From Myxococcota bacterium (GTDB lineage: Bacteria > Myxococcota_A > Polyangia > Polyangiales > Sandaracinaceae): 64,000 bases of DNA. The translations under genes were made by a program, and so were the position numbers. The DNA lies in the NCBI GenBank assembly GCA_036149055.1, contig JAYZQJ010000078.1:1-64000 (forward strand). Reading direction: 5' to 3'. This document shows positions 54,819-64,000 of this stretch, piece after piece (the stretch's first letter is position 1; every line of letters starts with the position of its first letter). Under the pieces are notes generated by a model. That model did not search any database, was not told where the DNA came from, and was given only the letters and a program-made list of their open reading frames with translations.

Positions 54819-56114
54819 ATGGCACGTCGCAGTCCCAACAAGCACATCAACCTGAACGTCCGAGGCATGCGCGCCTCGGCGACCGTCGCGATCAACGAGC
54901 ACAGCAACGCGCTGCTCGCCGAGGGCCGGACCGTCTACAAGCTGGGGCTCGGGCAGTCGCCCTTCCCCGTGCCGCGCTCGGTGGTCGACGCCCTGCGGGA
55001 CCACGCGCCCGAGAAGGACTACCTGCCGGTCCGCGGCCTCTACGATCTGCGCCGCGCGGTGGCCCACTACACCGAGCGCAAGGCGGGCATCGACCGGACC
55101 GCCGAGGACGTGCTCATCGGCCCCGGCAGCAAGGAGCTGATGTTCCTGCTCCAGCTCGTCTACTACGGCGACCTGCTCATCCCGACCCCGGCCTGGGTCT
55201 CGTACGCGCCGCAGGCGCAGATCATCGGACGCAAGGTCGAGCTGGTGCAGACCCGCGCCGAGGACGGCTGGATGCTGACCCCCGAGGCGCTCGACGAGGC
55301 GTGCTCGCGCGACTCGGACCGGCCGCGGGTGGTGATCCTCAACTACCCCTCCAACCCGACCGGCTCGACCTACAAGGTCGACCAGCTCAAGGCGATCGCG
55401 AAGGTCGCCCAGAAGCACGGGGTGCTGCTGCTCTCGGACGAGATCTACGGCGAGCTCCACCACAAGGGTCAGCACGTCTCGATCGCGCGCTACTACCCCG
55501 AGGGCACCATCATCAGCGCCGGGCTCAGCAAGTGGTGCGGCGCGGGCGGCTGGCGGCTCGGCACCTTCGTCTTCCCGGAGTCGCTGCGCTGGCTGCTCGA
55601 CGCGATGGGCGCGGTGGCGAGCGAGACCTACACGTCGACCAGCGCGCCGATCCAGTACGCGGCGGTCACCGCCTTCGAGGGCGGCGCCGGCATCGAGCGC
55701 TACCTCCAGAACTCGCGCCGCATCCTCAGCGCGCTCGGCCGCTGGTGCGCGCGGCACCTGCGCGGCGCGGGCGTCGAGTGCCCGCAGCCGGTCGGCGGCT
55801 TCTACCTCTTCCCCGACTTCAGCGCGCACGCCGAGGCGCTCGCGGCCCGCGGGATCACCGACGCGCCGACCCTCTGCGCGCGGCTCCTGGACGAGACCGG
55901 GGTGGCGATCCTGCCGGGCTCGCAGTTCGGGCGGCCGCCGGAGGAGCTGACCGCGCGGCTGGCCTACGTCGACTTCGACGGCGATCGCGCGCTGGAGGCG
56001 GTGGCGGTGATCCCGAAGGAGCAGCCGCTCGACGAGACCTTCCTGAAGCGGCACTGCGGCAAGGTCGTGGCCGCCATCCAGGCGATGGCGCGCTGGGTGG
56101 AAGCTGGCGCCTGA
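54819..56114 (+). CDS. Class I/II PLP-dependent aminotransferase
   Basis: LGLGQSPF; GPGSKE; NYPSNPTG; SDEIYG; GLSKW..AGGWRLG; GGFYLF. Confidence 0.93.
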   Translation: MARRSPNKHINLNVRGMRASATVAINEHSNALLAEGRTVYKLGLGQSPFPVPRSVVDALRDHAPEKDYLPVRGLYDLRRAVAHYTERKAGIDRTAEDVLIGPGSKELMFLLQLVYYGDLLIPTPAWVSYAPQAQIIGRKVELVQTRAEDGWMLTPEALDEACSRDSDRPRVVILNYPSNPTGSTYKVDQLKAIAKVAQKHGVLLLSDEIYGELHHKGQHVSIARYYPEGTIISAGLSKWCGAGGWRLGTFVFPESLRWLLDAMGAVASETYTSTSAPIQYAAVTAFEGGAGIERYLQNSRRILSALGRWCARHLRGAGVECPQPVGGFYLFPDFSAHAEALAARGITDAPTLCARLLDETGVAILPGSQFGRPPEELTARLAYVDFDGDRALEAVAVIPKEQPLDETFLKRHCGKVVAAIQAMARWVEAGA

Positions 56115-56139
56115 TCCACCCCGGCCCTATCTGGGCCGC

Positions 56140-56973
56140 ATGCGACATCTGTGGGTGGGAGTCCTCGCGTGGGCGCTGGCGGCGCCGGCCCTCGCGCAAG
56201 ACGCGGAAGAGGCGGAGCCGGAGTTCGGCGTGCGCGGCACGGTCGAGCTCGGGTTCCTCGCGGTGCTGGATCACGACATCCAGCTCGGCACCGACGGCAC
56301 GTTCATCGACTACCCGAGCGACCTCGAGCAGTCGAACCTCTACTTCGTGCCGCGCCTGTCGGTCGAGGTCGACATCTGGCGGCAGCATCACCTGACGTTC
56401 CTCTACCAGCCGCTCGACATCACCTCGACCGCGACCCTGCGGCGGGATCTGAGGATCGACGGGCTGGACTATCCGGAGGGCACGCCGGTGCGCGCGCGCT
56501 ACGGCTTCCCCTTCTACCGGCTGAGCTGGGACTTCGACGTGCTGCCGGAGCGCGACACGCTGCTCGCGTTCGGCCTCGGGCTGCAGCTCCGGAACGCGAC
56601 CATCGAGTTCGAGAGCCTCGACGGCGAGCGCTACCGGAGCCGCAACGACGTCGGCCCGGTGCCGCTGCTCCGCGCGCGCGGCCGCTTCCCGGTGGCCAAC
56701 CGCTTCTTCTTCGCCTTCGAGATCGACGGCTTCTACGCGCCGATCAGCGTGCTCAACGGCAGCGACACCGAGGTGCAGGGCGCCATCCTCGACGCGAGCC
56801 TCCGCTTCGGCTGGCGCTTCATGGACCACGCCGACGCGTTCCTGAACGTGCGCTACCTGGCCGGAGGCGCGTCGGGCGCGGGCGATCCCACGCCGACCAG
56901 CGACGGCGTGCAGAGCAACTGGCTGCACTTCCTGGTGGTCAGCCTCGGCGCGACGATCGACAGCCGGCCCTGA
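56140..56973 (+). CDS. Hypothetical outer-membrane beta-barrel protein
   Basis: Signal peptide (ALA-Q); alternating hydrophobic strands (FYRLSWDFD, FGLGLQLR, FAFEIDGF, VSLGATI). Confidence 0.65.
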   Translation: MRHLWVGVLAWALAAPALAQDAEEAEPEFGVRGTVELGFLAVLDHDIQLGTDGTFIDYPSDLEQSNLYFVPRLSVEVDIWRQHHLTFLYQPLDITSTATLRRDLRIDGLDYPEGTPVRARYGFPFYRLSWDFDVLPERDTLLAFGLGLQLRNATIEFESLDGERYRSRNDVGPVPLLRARGRFPVANRFFFAFEIDGFYAPISVLNGSDTEVQGAILDASLRFGWRFMDHADAFLNVRYLAGGASGAGDPTPTSDGVQSNWLHFLVVSLGATIDSRP

Positions 56974-57138
56974 CGTCCGGTTGACTTCGGTCCCCCAGGT
57001 GATACAGACGCCACCTCGTTCGAGGCAGGACGCGGACGCTCCATCGTGAAGCACACCGCTCCGGCCGACGGCGGGGCTTGGTGACCGGAGGCGCGCTCGG
57101 CGCCAGCCGCCGGTCTTCCTCTCGACAGGAGGGCGAGG

Positions 57139-57596
57139 ATGGACACCCGGGGACGACATCTGCTGGTCGAGTACCACGGCTGCAGCGAGGCGATGCTCGA
57201 TGACCTGGAGGGGGTCGAGGCGCTCATGAATCGCGCCGCGGTGGCCGCGAACACGAGCGTCGTGGCCTCCGTCTTCCATCCCTTCCAGCCCCAGGGCGTG
57301 AGCGGCGTGGTGGTGATCGAGGAGTCCCACCTCTCCATCCACACCTGGCCGGAGTACGGCTACGCCGCGGTCGACTTCTACACCTGCGGCCAGGGCGTCC
57401 CCGAGGAGGCGCACGCCGTGCTGCTCGAGGGCCTCGAGGCCACGGGGGCCGAGGTGATGACCGTCGACCGTGGGCTCGGGCTGCCCGGCCGCGGCTGCCG
57501 GATCCGGAGCCACGTGGCGAGCTCCCCGCGCGGCGGCACCGTCAGCGTGCGCGCCCCCGAGACGATGCCCCCGCCGGCCTCCGTCGAGGTCAGCCC

Positions 57597-57600
<4 letters not shown>
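57139..57600 (+). CDS. speD: S-adenosylmethionine decarboxylase proenzyme (short class)
   Basis: GRHLLVEY.GC; PQGVSG; IEESHLSIHTWPEYGYAAVDFYTCG (ES self-cleavage site). Confidence 0.95.
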
Positions 57601-58423
<823 letters not shown>

Positions 58424-58445
<22 letters not shown>

Positions 58446-59506
58446 CGCCGGGCGTGCTCGAGCAGGGCGCCCTGCACCGACACCCGCTCGTCGCCGGCCA
58501 CCACCTCGACCGCGTGCAGCGCGAAGCGCCCCTCGGTCCAGTCGAGCAGGCTCAGGAGCGACTCGAAGAGGCTGGCCCCCAGCTGGCCGCCGGGGAGCTC
58601 GACGCTGACGATCATTCCGTCGACGAGGCCGATCTTGGCCTCGCCGCCCGGGCGCGCGATCGCCAGCACGCCGGTCCGACGCTCGGCCTCGGCGAACGCG
58701 AGCAGGCTGGCGAGCGCGACCTGCTCGAGCGAGCCGCTCATGCCCTCGTCCGAGACGCCCTCCCGGCGGGCTCGGGCGACCACCCGCCGCACCCGCGCGA
58801 GCAGCTCCTCGGCCGCCGACGGCTTGGCGATGAAGTCGTCGATGCCGAGCTCGTAGCCTTTGATGCGGTCGGCGTCGGAGTCGAGCGTGGTCAGGAAGAC
58901 GACGGGCACGCTCTTGGTCTTGTCGCGCGCGCGCAGCAGCCGCAGCAGCTGCCAGCCGTCCATCACCGGCATGGTCACGTCGGTGAGGACGAGGTCCGGC
59001 GGCTCCTTCATCGCCTTGCCCAGCGCGTCGAGCCCGTGCTCGGCCTCGGTCACCCGGTGCCCCGCGCTCTTCAGCGCCGTCGCCACCGCGCCGCGGTAGC
59101 TCGTGGAGTCGTCGACCACCAGCACGTGGATCGGCGCGTCGCCCGCCTGCTCCTCCGCGTCCACCGTCGCGCTGAGGAACACCGCGATCCGGGCCGCGAG
59201 GGGCGCGATGTCCGCCTCGAGGAACTTCATGCCCATGCCGGGCTGACGGCCGGTCTTCTCGGCCTCCTCCGGCGAGAGGGTGTAGGCGACCTCGGCCGGC
59301 ACGCGCGCCGCGGGGCCCTCGTCGGGCAGCTCCATCTGCAGCTGCACCCGCGAGCCGGGCGGGAGCTGGTGGGTGGAGGTGACGAAGAGGCCGCCCCGGC
59401 TGATGTCGTCGGTGTAGGCGGTCACCAGCTCCTCGACGGAACGGAAACGCACCTTGATGCGCGCCGCGAAGCGCGGGGCGCGCCTGCGATCGGTCCCGTC
59501 GGTCAT
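58424..59506 (-). CDS. PilZ-receiver-DUF4388-like multidomain signalling protein
   Basis: RRRAPR and DISRGG (PilZ c-di-GMP motifs); VLVVDDS, DVTMP, AKP (REC); MSGSLEQVAL...RRTGVL...LLDWTEGRF (DUF4388-like). Confidence 0.88.
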
Positions 59507-59580
59507 GCGGCCCGCATTCTGCCACACATCCACGAATGGGGGCGTGATTGCAGCTGCGAGGGCGCGCAGGGTCGAGGGCG

Positions 59581-60576
59581 TCAACTCCAGCTGAGCACCA
59601 GCTTGCCGAAGGTGTCGTTCTTCTCCATGCGCGCGTGCGCCTCGGCGATCTCGGTCATCGGCATCACGTCGTCGACCACCGGCTGAAGCGCGCCGCCCTC
59701 CCCGAACAGCGGGGCGATCCGACTGGCGAAGGTCTGGGCCAGCGCCGCCTTCTCCTCGAGCGGCCGGCTCCGCAGCACCGATCCGTGGAGCGTGAGCCGC
59801 TTGCGCAGGAGCGCGCCCATCGGGAAATTCGCCTCGCGCCCGCCCATGAGCCCCAGGGTCACCATGCGGCCGCGGACGGCGAGCGCGGCGAGGTTCTCCT
59901 CGAGGTAGGCGCCGCCGATCAGATCGAGCACGACCTCGACCCCATGGCCTCCGGTCAGCTCGCGGGCCTGCTCGGCGAACTTCCCGCCCTTCACGTGCAC
60001 GGCGTGCGGCAGGCCGAGCTCGGCGCAGCGATCGAGCTTCTCCTCGGTGCGCGAGGTGCCGATGACCCGCGCGCCGGCGAGGCGGGCGAGCTGGAGCGCC
60101 GCGGTGCCGACGCCGCTCGCCACCGCGTGCACGAGCACGTGCTCCCCCGCGGCGAGGACGGCCTGGGCGAAGAGCGCGTCGTAGGCGGTGAGGAACGCCT
60201 CGGGGATGGCCGCGGCGTGCGAGAGCGCGAGCCCCTCCGGCACCCGGATCAGCTCCCGCTCGTGCACCAGGAGGTGGGTGGCCATCGCCCCGCCCCCGAC
60301 GATGCCCATGACCGCGTCGCCGCTCGTGAAGCTGGTCACGCCGTCTCCGACCGCCGCCACCCGGCCCGCGAACTCGAGCCCGGGCACGTCGGCGGGCACG
60401 CCGGGAGGCGCCGGGTACAGGCCGCGCCGCTGCATGAGGTCGGCCCGGTTCAGGCCGGCGGCGGCGACCTCGACGAGGACCTGTCCGGCGCCCGGGTCGT
60501 CGACCGGGACGCGGTCGATGTGCAGGACCTCGGGCCCGCCGGGCTCCTTGATGCGGACTGCGCGCGCGATGGGCAT
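59581..60576 (-). CDS. NAD(P)H-quinone oxidoreductase (PIG3/zeta-crystallin family)
   Basis: GGPEVL; GLNRADLMQRRGLYP; PGLEFAG; HAVASGVG; GSVLRSR; GKLVL. Confidence 0.93.
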   Translation of the reverse strand: MPIARAVRIKEPGGPEVLHIDRVPVDDPGAGQVLVEVAAAGLNRADLMQRRGLYPAPPGVPADVPGLEFAGRVAAVGDGVTSFTSGDAVMGIVGGGAMATHLLVHERELIRVPEGLALSHAAAIPEAFLTAYDALFAQAVLAAGEHVLVHAVASGVGTAALQLARLAGARVIGTSRTEEKLDRCAELGLPHAVHVKGGKFAEQARELTGGHGVEVVLDLIGGAYLEENLAALAVRGRMVTLGLMGGREANFPMGALLRKRLTLHGSVLRSRPLEEKAALAQTFASRIAPLFGEGGALQPVVDDVMPMTEIAEAHARMEKNDTFGKLVLSWS

Positions 60577-60613
60577 GCCGCGATGATAGACCCACGCGCC
60601 CGGGGCGCGAGCG

Positions 60614-62287
60614 TCATTCCCGACCCGGCCGGGAGCGCAGCACGACCGCGGCTCGCCCGGGCAAGCGGATCGACAGCACCCCGCGCGCCCCGACCCGCCA
60701 CGGGACGTCCGTCGCCTCGAGCGCGTCGAAGAGCAGCGTCCCTTCGCCGAAGCCGGTCGGCACCTCGGCGACCGAGTCGTCGAGCGAGGCGTTGAGCACG
60801 GTCAGGAGTCGCTCGTCCTCGAACGCGCGCTCCCACGCGAGCATGCCCGCGTCCGCCTCCGGCGCCTCGTCCGCGCCGCCCGAGCGCGACGCGTAGCGCA
60901 CCTCGAGCGTACCCCGGCGCAGGGCGAGCGAGCCCCGGCGGAGCGCGGTCAGCCGCGCGACGTGGGCGAACATCGGGTGGCCCTCGTCGAAGCCGGCCGC
61001 GCGCCACAGCGGCTCGCGGGAGAGGTGGTGCCGCGTCCCGTCGAGCCCCTGCTCGGTGCCGTAGTAGATGACCGGCATCCCGTCGACGGTCATCACCGCG
61101 GTGAGCGCGATCTCGACCGCGAGGGGATCGTCGAGCTCGCCGCGCAGCCGGAAGACGTCGTGGTTGTCGCCGAACACCGCGCGCGCCGACCACGGATCGA
61201 TCCCGATCCCGCCCGGCTGGCCCGAGGCCGGGAAGAACGAGCGGTTCGTCGACAGCGCCGGGACCGCGACCGAGGGCGGGCGGCCCTCGAGGATCACGCC
61301 GTTGATGAGCGTCTCCTTGAGGTCGAAGGCGAACACGCTGTCGAGCTGGTCGAGCTCGGTGTAGCGGGCGAGCGTCTCGGGGCGGGTGACGAAGACCTCC
61401 CCGAGAAGCAGGAAACGCTCCTTGCCGATCTCGGCCAGCCGGCGCCGGAGCCGCGCGTCGAAGCTCGCCCAGAACGCCCGGCCCGCGTGGGGCACCGCGT
61501 CGATCCGGAAGCCGTCCACGTCGGTCTGCTCCACCCACCAGACGTGCGTGTCGACCAGCAGGTCCACCACCTCGGGGCGCTCGGTGTCGAGGTCGCGCAG
61601 CCCGGTCGGGAAGTCGCCGAGCTCCTTCTGGAGGGGATCCGAGAGATCCCCGAAGCCGCGGCGGTGGAAGTGCTCGGGGCCCAGGGTCACGCGCTCGTAT
61701 CCATCGCCCACCGCTCGCCACATGCGAGGCGCGTGCGAGAAGAGGAGCGGCGCCTCGTAGGGCGGGTCGGCGTAGGGAGGCTCGACCTCGCCCGGGTCGA
61801 TCTCCCCATCGGCGTCCAGGTCGTAGGTGAAGACGCGCCCCGCGTGGTTGGGCACCACGTCGAGGATCACCAGCATGTCCCTCGCGTGCGCCTCGTCGAC
61901 CAGCCCGCGCAGCTCCTCGAGGGTGCCGAAGCGAGGGTTCGCCTCGGTGAAGTCGCTCGGCCAGTACCCGTGATAGCCGTCCTCGCTCTCGGTGCGCTGC
62001 ACGTTGGCGTAGGGCGGCGAGAGCCAGATCGCGGTGACGCCGAGCGCCTCCAGGTAGTCGAGCCGCCCGCGCACCCCCGCCCAGTCGCCCCCCTGGAAGC
62101 GCGCGAGGTCGTCCGGCTCGGGCCCGATCCCCTCGAGCACGTCGTTGCCCGGATCGCCGTCGTCGAACCGGTCGACCACGATCTGGTAGACGATCTCGTC
62201 CCGCCAGTCGTCCGCGTGCGTCCGCACCGCCGCGTCGGCGGGCGGCTCACAGCCGGCGAGACAGACCAGGAGAAGCGCCCAACGCAC
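60614..62287 (-). CDS. GH13 alpha-amylase family lipoprotein
   Basis: Lipobox LAGC; YQIVVDRF; YHGYW; DVVPNH; GFRIDAVPH; GEV; DNHD; YYGTEQ. Confidence 0.92.
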   Translation of the reverse strand: MRWALLLVCLAGCEPPADAAVRTHADDWRDEIVYQIVVDRFDDGDPGNDVLEGIGPEPDDLARFQGGDWAGVRGRLDYLEALGVTAIWLSPPYANVQRTESEDGYHGYWPSDFTEANPRFGTLEELRGLVDEAHARDMLVILDVVPNHAGRVFTYDLDADGEIDPGEVEPPYADPPYEAPLLFSHAPRMWRAVGDGYERVTLGPEHFHRRGFGDLSDPLQKELGDFPTGLRDLDTERPEVVDLLVDTHVWWVEQTDVDGFRIDAVPHAGRAFWASFDARLRRRLAEIGKERFLLLGEVFVTRPETLARYTELDQLDSVFAFDLKETLINGVILEGRPPSVAVPALSTNRSFFPASGQPGGIGIDPWSARAVFGDNHDVFRLRGELDDPLAVEIALTAVMTVDGMPVIYYGTEQGLDGTRHHLSREPLWRAAGFDEGHPMFAHVARLTALRRGSLALRRGTLEVRYASRSGGADEAPEADAGMLAWERAFEDERLLTVLNASLDDSVAEVPTGFGEGTLLFDALEATDVPWRVGARGVLSIRLPGRAAVVLRSRPGRE

Positions 62288-62338
62288 GCCGCCACTATGA
62301 GGCCTGGGCTCCGGAGCGCCCACTCCCGGAAGCCACCT

Positions 62339-63205
62339 TCAGAGTGAGATCGAGCCGAGCAGCGGCACGGTGCCGACCCGGACGCTCGGGTCGATCGCGG
62401 TGAGGGCGTCGACGAGCCGGGGCATGCGCATCGCGGGGAGCGGGCGGGCGCCGGCGTCCATGGGGCGGAAGAAGTTGTCCCAGTGGCTCAGGAGCACGGC
62501 GCCCGGGCGGAGCGCGCCCATGACGCGCGGGGCGAAGCGCTCGGTGGTGGTCCAGCCGGCCACGCACATCAAGAGGAGGTCGACGTCCCGCTCGGGGTAG
62601 GCGTCGAGCAGGTCCGCGCTGCCCAGGTGGTAGAGCCGCCGACCGGCGACCCGGATGTCGACCCCGAAGACCGCGCCACAGCGATACTCGTGCGTGCGGA
62701 GCGGGATCTGGTCGCAGTCGCTGATGTCGCCCGGCGACGGGATGCGCCCGAACGCGAAGGCGGAGTGCACGCTCGGCACGAAGCGGAGCTCGAACGGCCC
62801 GACCTCGGCGCGGGAGGGCTCGCGGCCGCGGCTCTCGACGTCGACCACCTGCGTCTCGGGCACGCCCTCGAGGCGGCAGAGGTGCACGCACGAGCGGGAG
62901 CCGTAGACGGTGGCCCCGGTGCGCTTCGCGATGGCCGGCACGTCGAGCACGTGGTCGAAGTGGGTGTGACCGGCGACGATGGCGTCGGCGCGGGGGGCGT
63001 GGCGCGCGACGAGCGCGGGGTCGCTCGACAGGCCCCCGAGGAGCCGGCGCAATGGAGCGCGCGTCACGTAGGGGTCGACGAGCACGGTGAAACCGTCGTG
63101 CTCGATCGCGAAGCCGGCCGTGCCCAGCCAGGTCACGGTGATGGGGCCGCGCTGGGCGGGGACCTCGAAGTCGCGAGGGCCGAACGAGAGGTCTTCGGGG
63201 CGCAC
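62339..63205 (-). CDS. MBL-fold metallo-hydrolase
   Basis: WLGTAGF; LVDPY; GHTHFDHVLD; HLGSAD; SHWDNFF. GTG 63205 inferred. Confidence 0.9.
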   Translation of the reverse strand: MRPEDLSFGPRDFEVPAQRGPITVTWLGTAGFAIEHDGFTVLVDPYVTRAPLRRLLGGLSSDPALVARHAPRADAIVAGHTHFDHVLDVPAIAKRTGATVYGSRSCVHLCRLEGVPETQVVDVESRGREPSRAEVGPFELRFVPSVHSAFAFGRIPSPGDISDCDQIPLRTHEYRCGAVFGVDIRVAGRRLYHLGSADLLDAYPERDVDLLLMCVAGWTTTERFAPRVMGALRPGAVLLSHWDNFFRPMDAGARPLPAMRMPRLVDALTAIDPSVRVGTVPLLGSISL

Positions 63206-63260
63206 GGCGCGGAGCGTATCACCTGGACAGCGCGCGAGCGGCCGTGCGTCAATGCGCGCG

Positions 63261-64000
63261 ATGAGGCGCCTGCTGACGTTTGCCCTGGTCTGCGCCGTCA
63301 CCGCGCCCGCGGCGGCGCAGGAGCGCCCGACGGCCGACCCGACGCCAGCCTCGGAGCCGCTCCGCGCCGTCGAGCGCATGGCCGAGCCGGAGGCCGAGCT
63401 CGAGCCCATCCCCACCCCCCAGATCGGGCGGCGCATCGAGGAGACCTTTCGCGAGCTGCAGGACGTGGCGCCGCGGCTCCGTCGGCAGCGCGAGATCAAG
63501 GTGATCCGGGACGCCCTGCCCCCGTTCACCCGGGAGGTCGACCTGATGCGCGCCCTCCCGGCGCTCGAGCGGCTGCACGGCCTGTCCCCGCGCGCGCTGC
63601 TCGACCTGGAGCAGGAGTGGGAGCGCATCTCGCGCCGGCTCTCGGCGTGGCAGTCGGCCCTCGAGGCGCGGGTGACCTCGCTCGCCGAGGAGCGCTACCA
63701 CGTGGGCCGCGCCAAGCGGCAGTGGCGCATGACCATGGAGGCGGAGCGGGAGGAGCCGCTCCCCGCCTCGCAGCTCGAGCGCATCCAGCGGCTGCAGGGC
63801 GAGATCCGGCGCGTGAACCGCCGCCTCGAGCGCCGCATCGACGAGGTGCTCGAGCTCCAGGGGCAGCTCTCGGACGAGGGCCTGCGGATCGCGGCGATGC
63901 TCGCCCGCATCCAGTCGGCGCGGCAGCAGGCGCGGGACGAGCGCGTGCACCCCGACCACCGCGCGCTCTGGAACGGCGGCGGCTGGCTGCCCGACGCGCG
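63261..64000 (+). CDS. 5' part of a secreted helical protein, possibly an MscK-like mechanosensitive channel, truncated by the window
   Basis: MRRLLTFALVCAVTAPAAAQ signal peptide, then an open coiled-coil-rich frame to the window end; not in the ORF track because it has no stop. Confidence 0.55.
   Translation, partial: MRRLLTFALVCAVTAPAAAQERPTADPTPASEPLRAVERMAEPEAELEPIPTPQIGRRIEETFRELQDVAPRLRRQREIKVIRDALPPFTREVDLMRALPALERLHGLSPRALLDLEQEWERISRRLSAWQSALEARVTSLAEERYHVGRAKRQWRMTMEAEREEPLPASQLERIQRLQGEIRRVNRRLERRIDEVLELQGQLSDEGLRIAAMLARIQSARQQARDERVHPDHRALWNGGGWLPDA

Overview
Very GC-rich bacterial DNA. The gene content suggests a myxobacterium (Myxococcota, probably Polyangia/Sandaracinaceae-like): a TonB-box/TonB-C-fused receptor, a PilZ-REC-DUF4388 protein, many lipoproteins and a sigma54 promoter. 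This taxonomy is inference. About 56 genes are supported. The blocks are: (1) M16 peptidases, a P-domain lipoprotein and a cNMP-domain/hydrolase/K+ channel operon; (2) a 630-bp REP-like repeat cluster; (3) a TetR-headed acyl-CoA dehydrogenase/MaoC/FabG4-like/thiolase operon; (4) an ~18-kb ABC-transporter-dependent (group 2-like) capsule locus at 14.9-32.7 kb, with a sigma54 promoter, a complete CMP-Kdo pathway (kdsD/A/C/B), kpsMTED, kpsC and kpsS, two convergent fusion proteins joining a Kdo-transferase-like domain and a GT4-like domain in opposite order, and a beta-helix lipoprotein; (5) pstSCA without pstB, divergent from a TonB-dependent receptor; (6) a translationally coupled pair of an exported kinase-fold lipoprotein and a POTRA-less Omp85-like barrel; (7) eukaryote-like mtnB/mtnD next to a SUFU-domain gene, near speD/speE; (8) assorted metabolic and signalling genes. 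No rRNA, tRNA, CRISPR array, integrase or transposase was recognised. The best candidates for an undescribed system are the kinase-lipoprotein/Omp85 pair and the self-sufficient Kdo capsule locus with its mirror-image glycosyltransferases. All calls come from reading motifs by eye; no searches were run.
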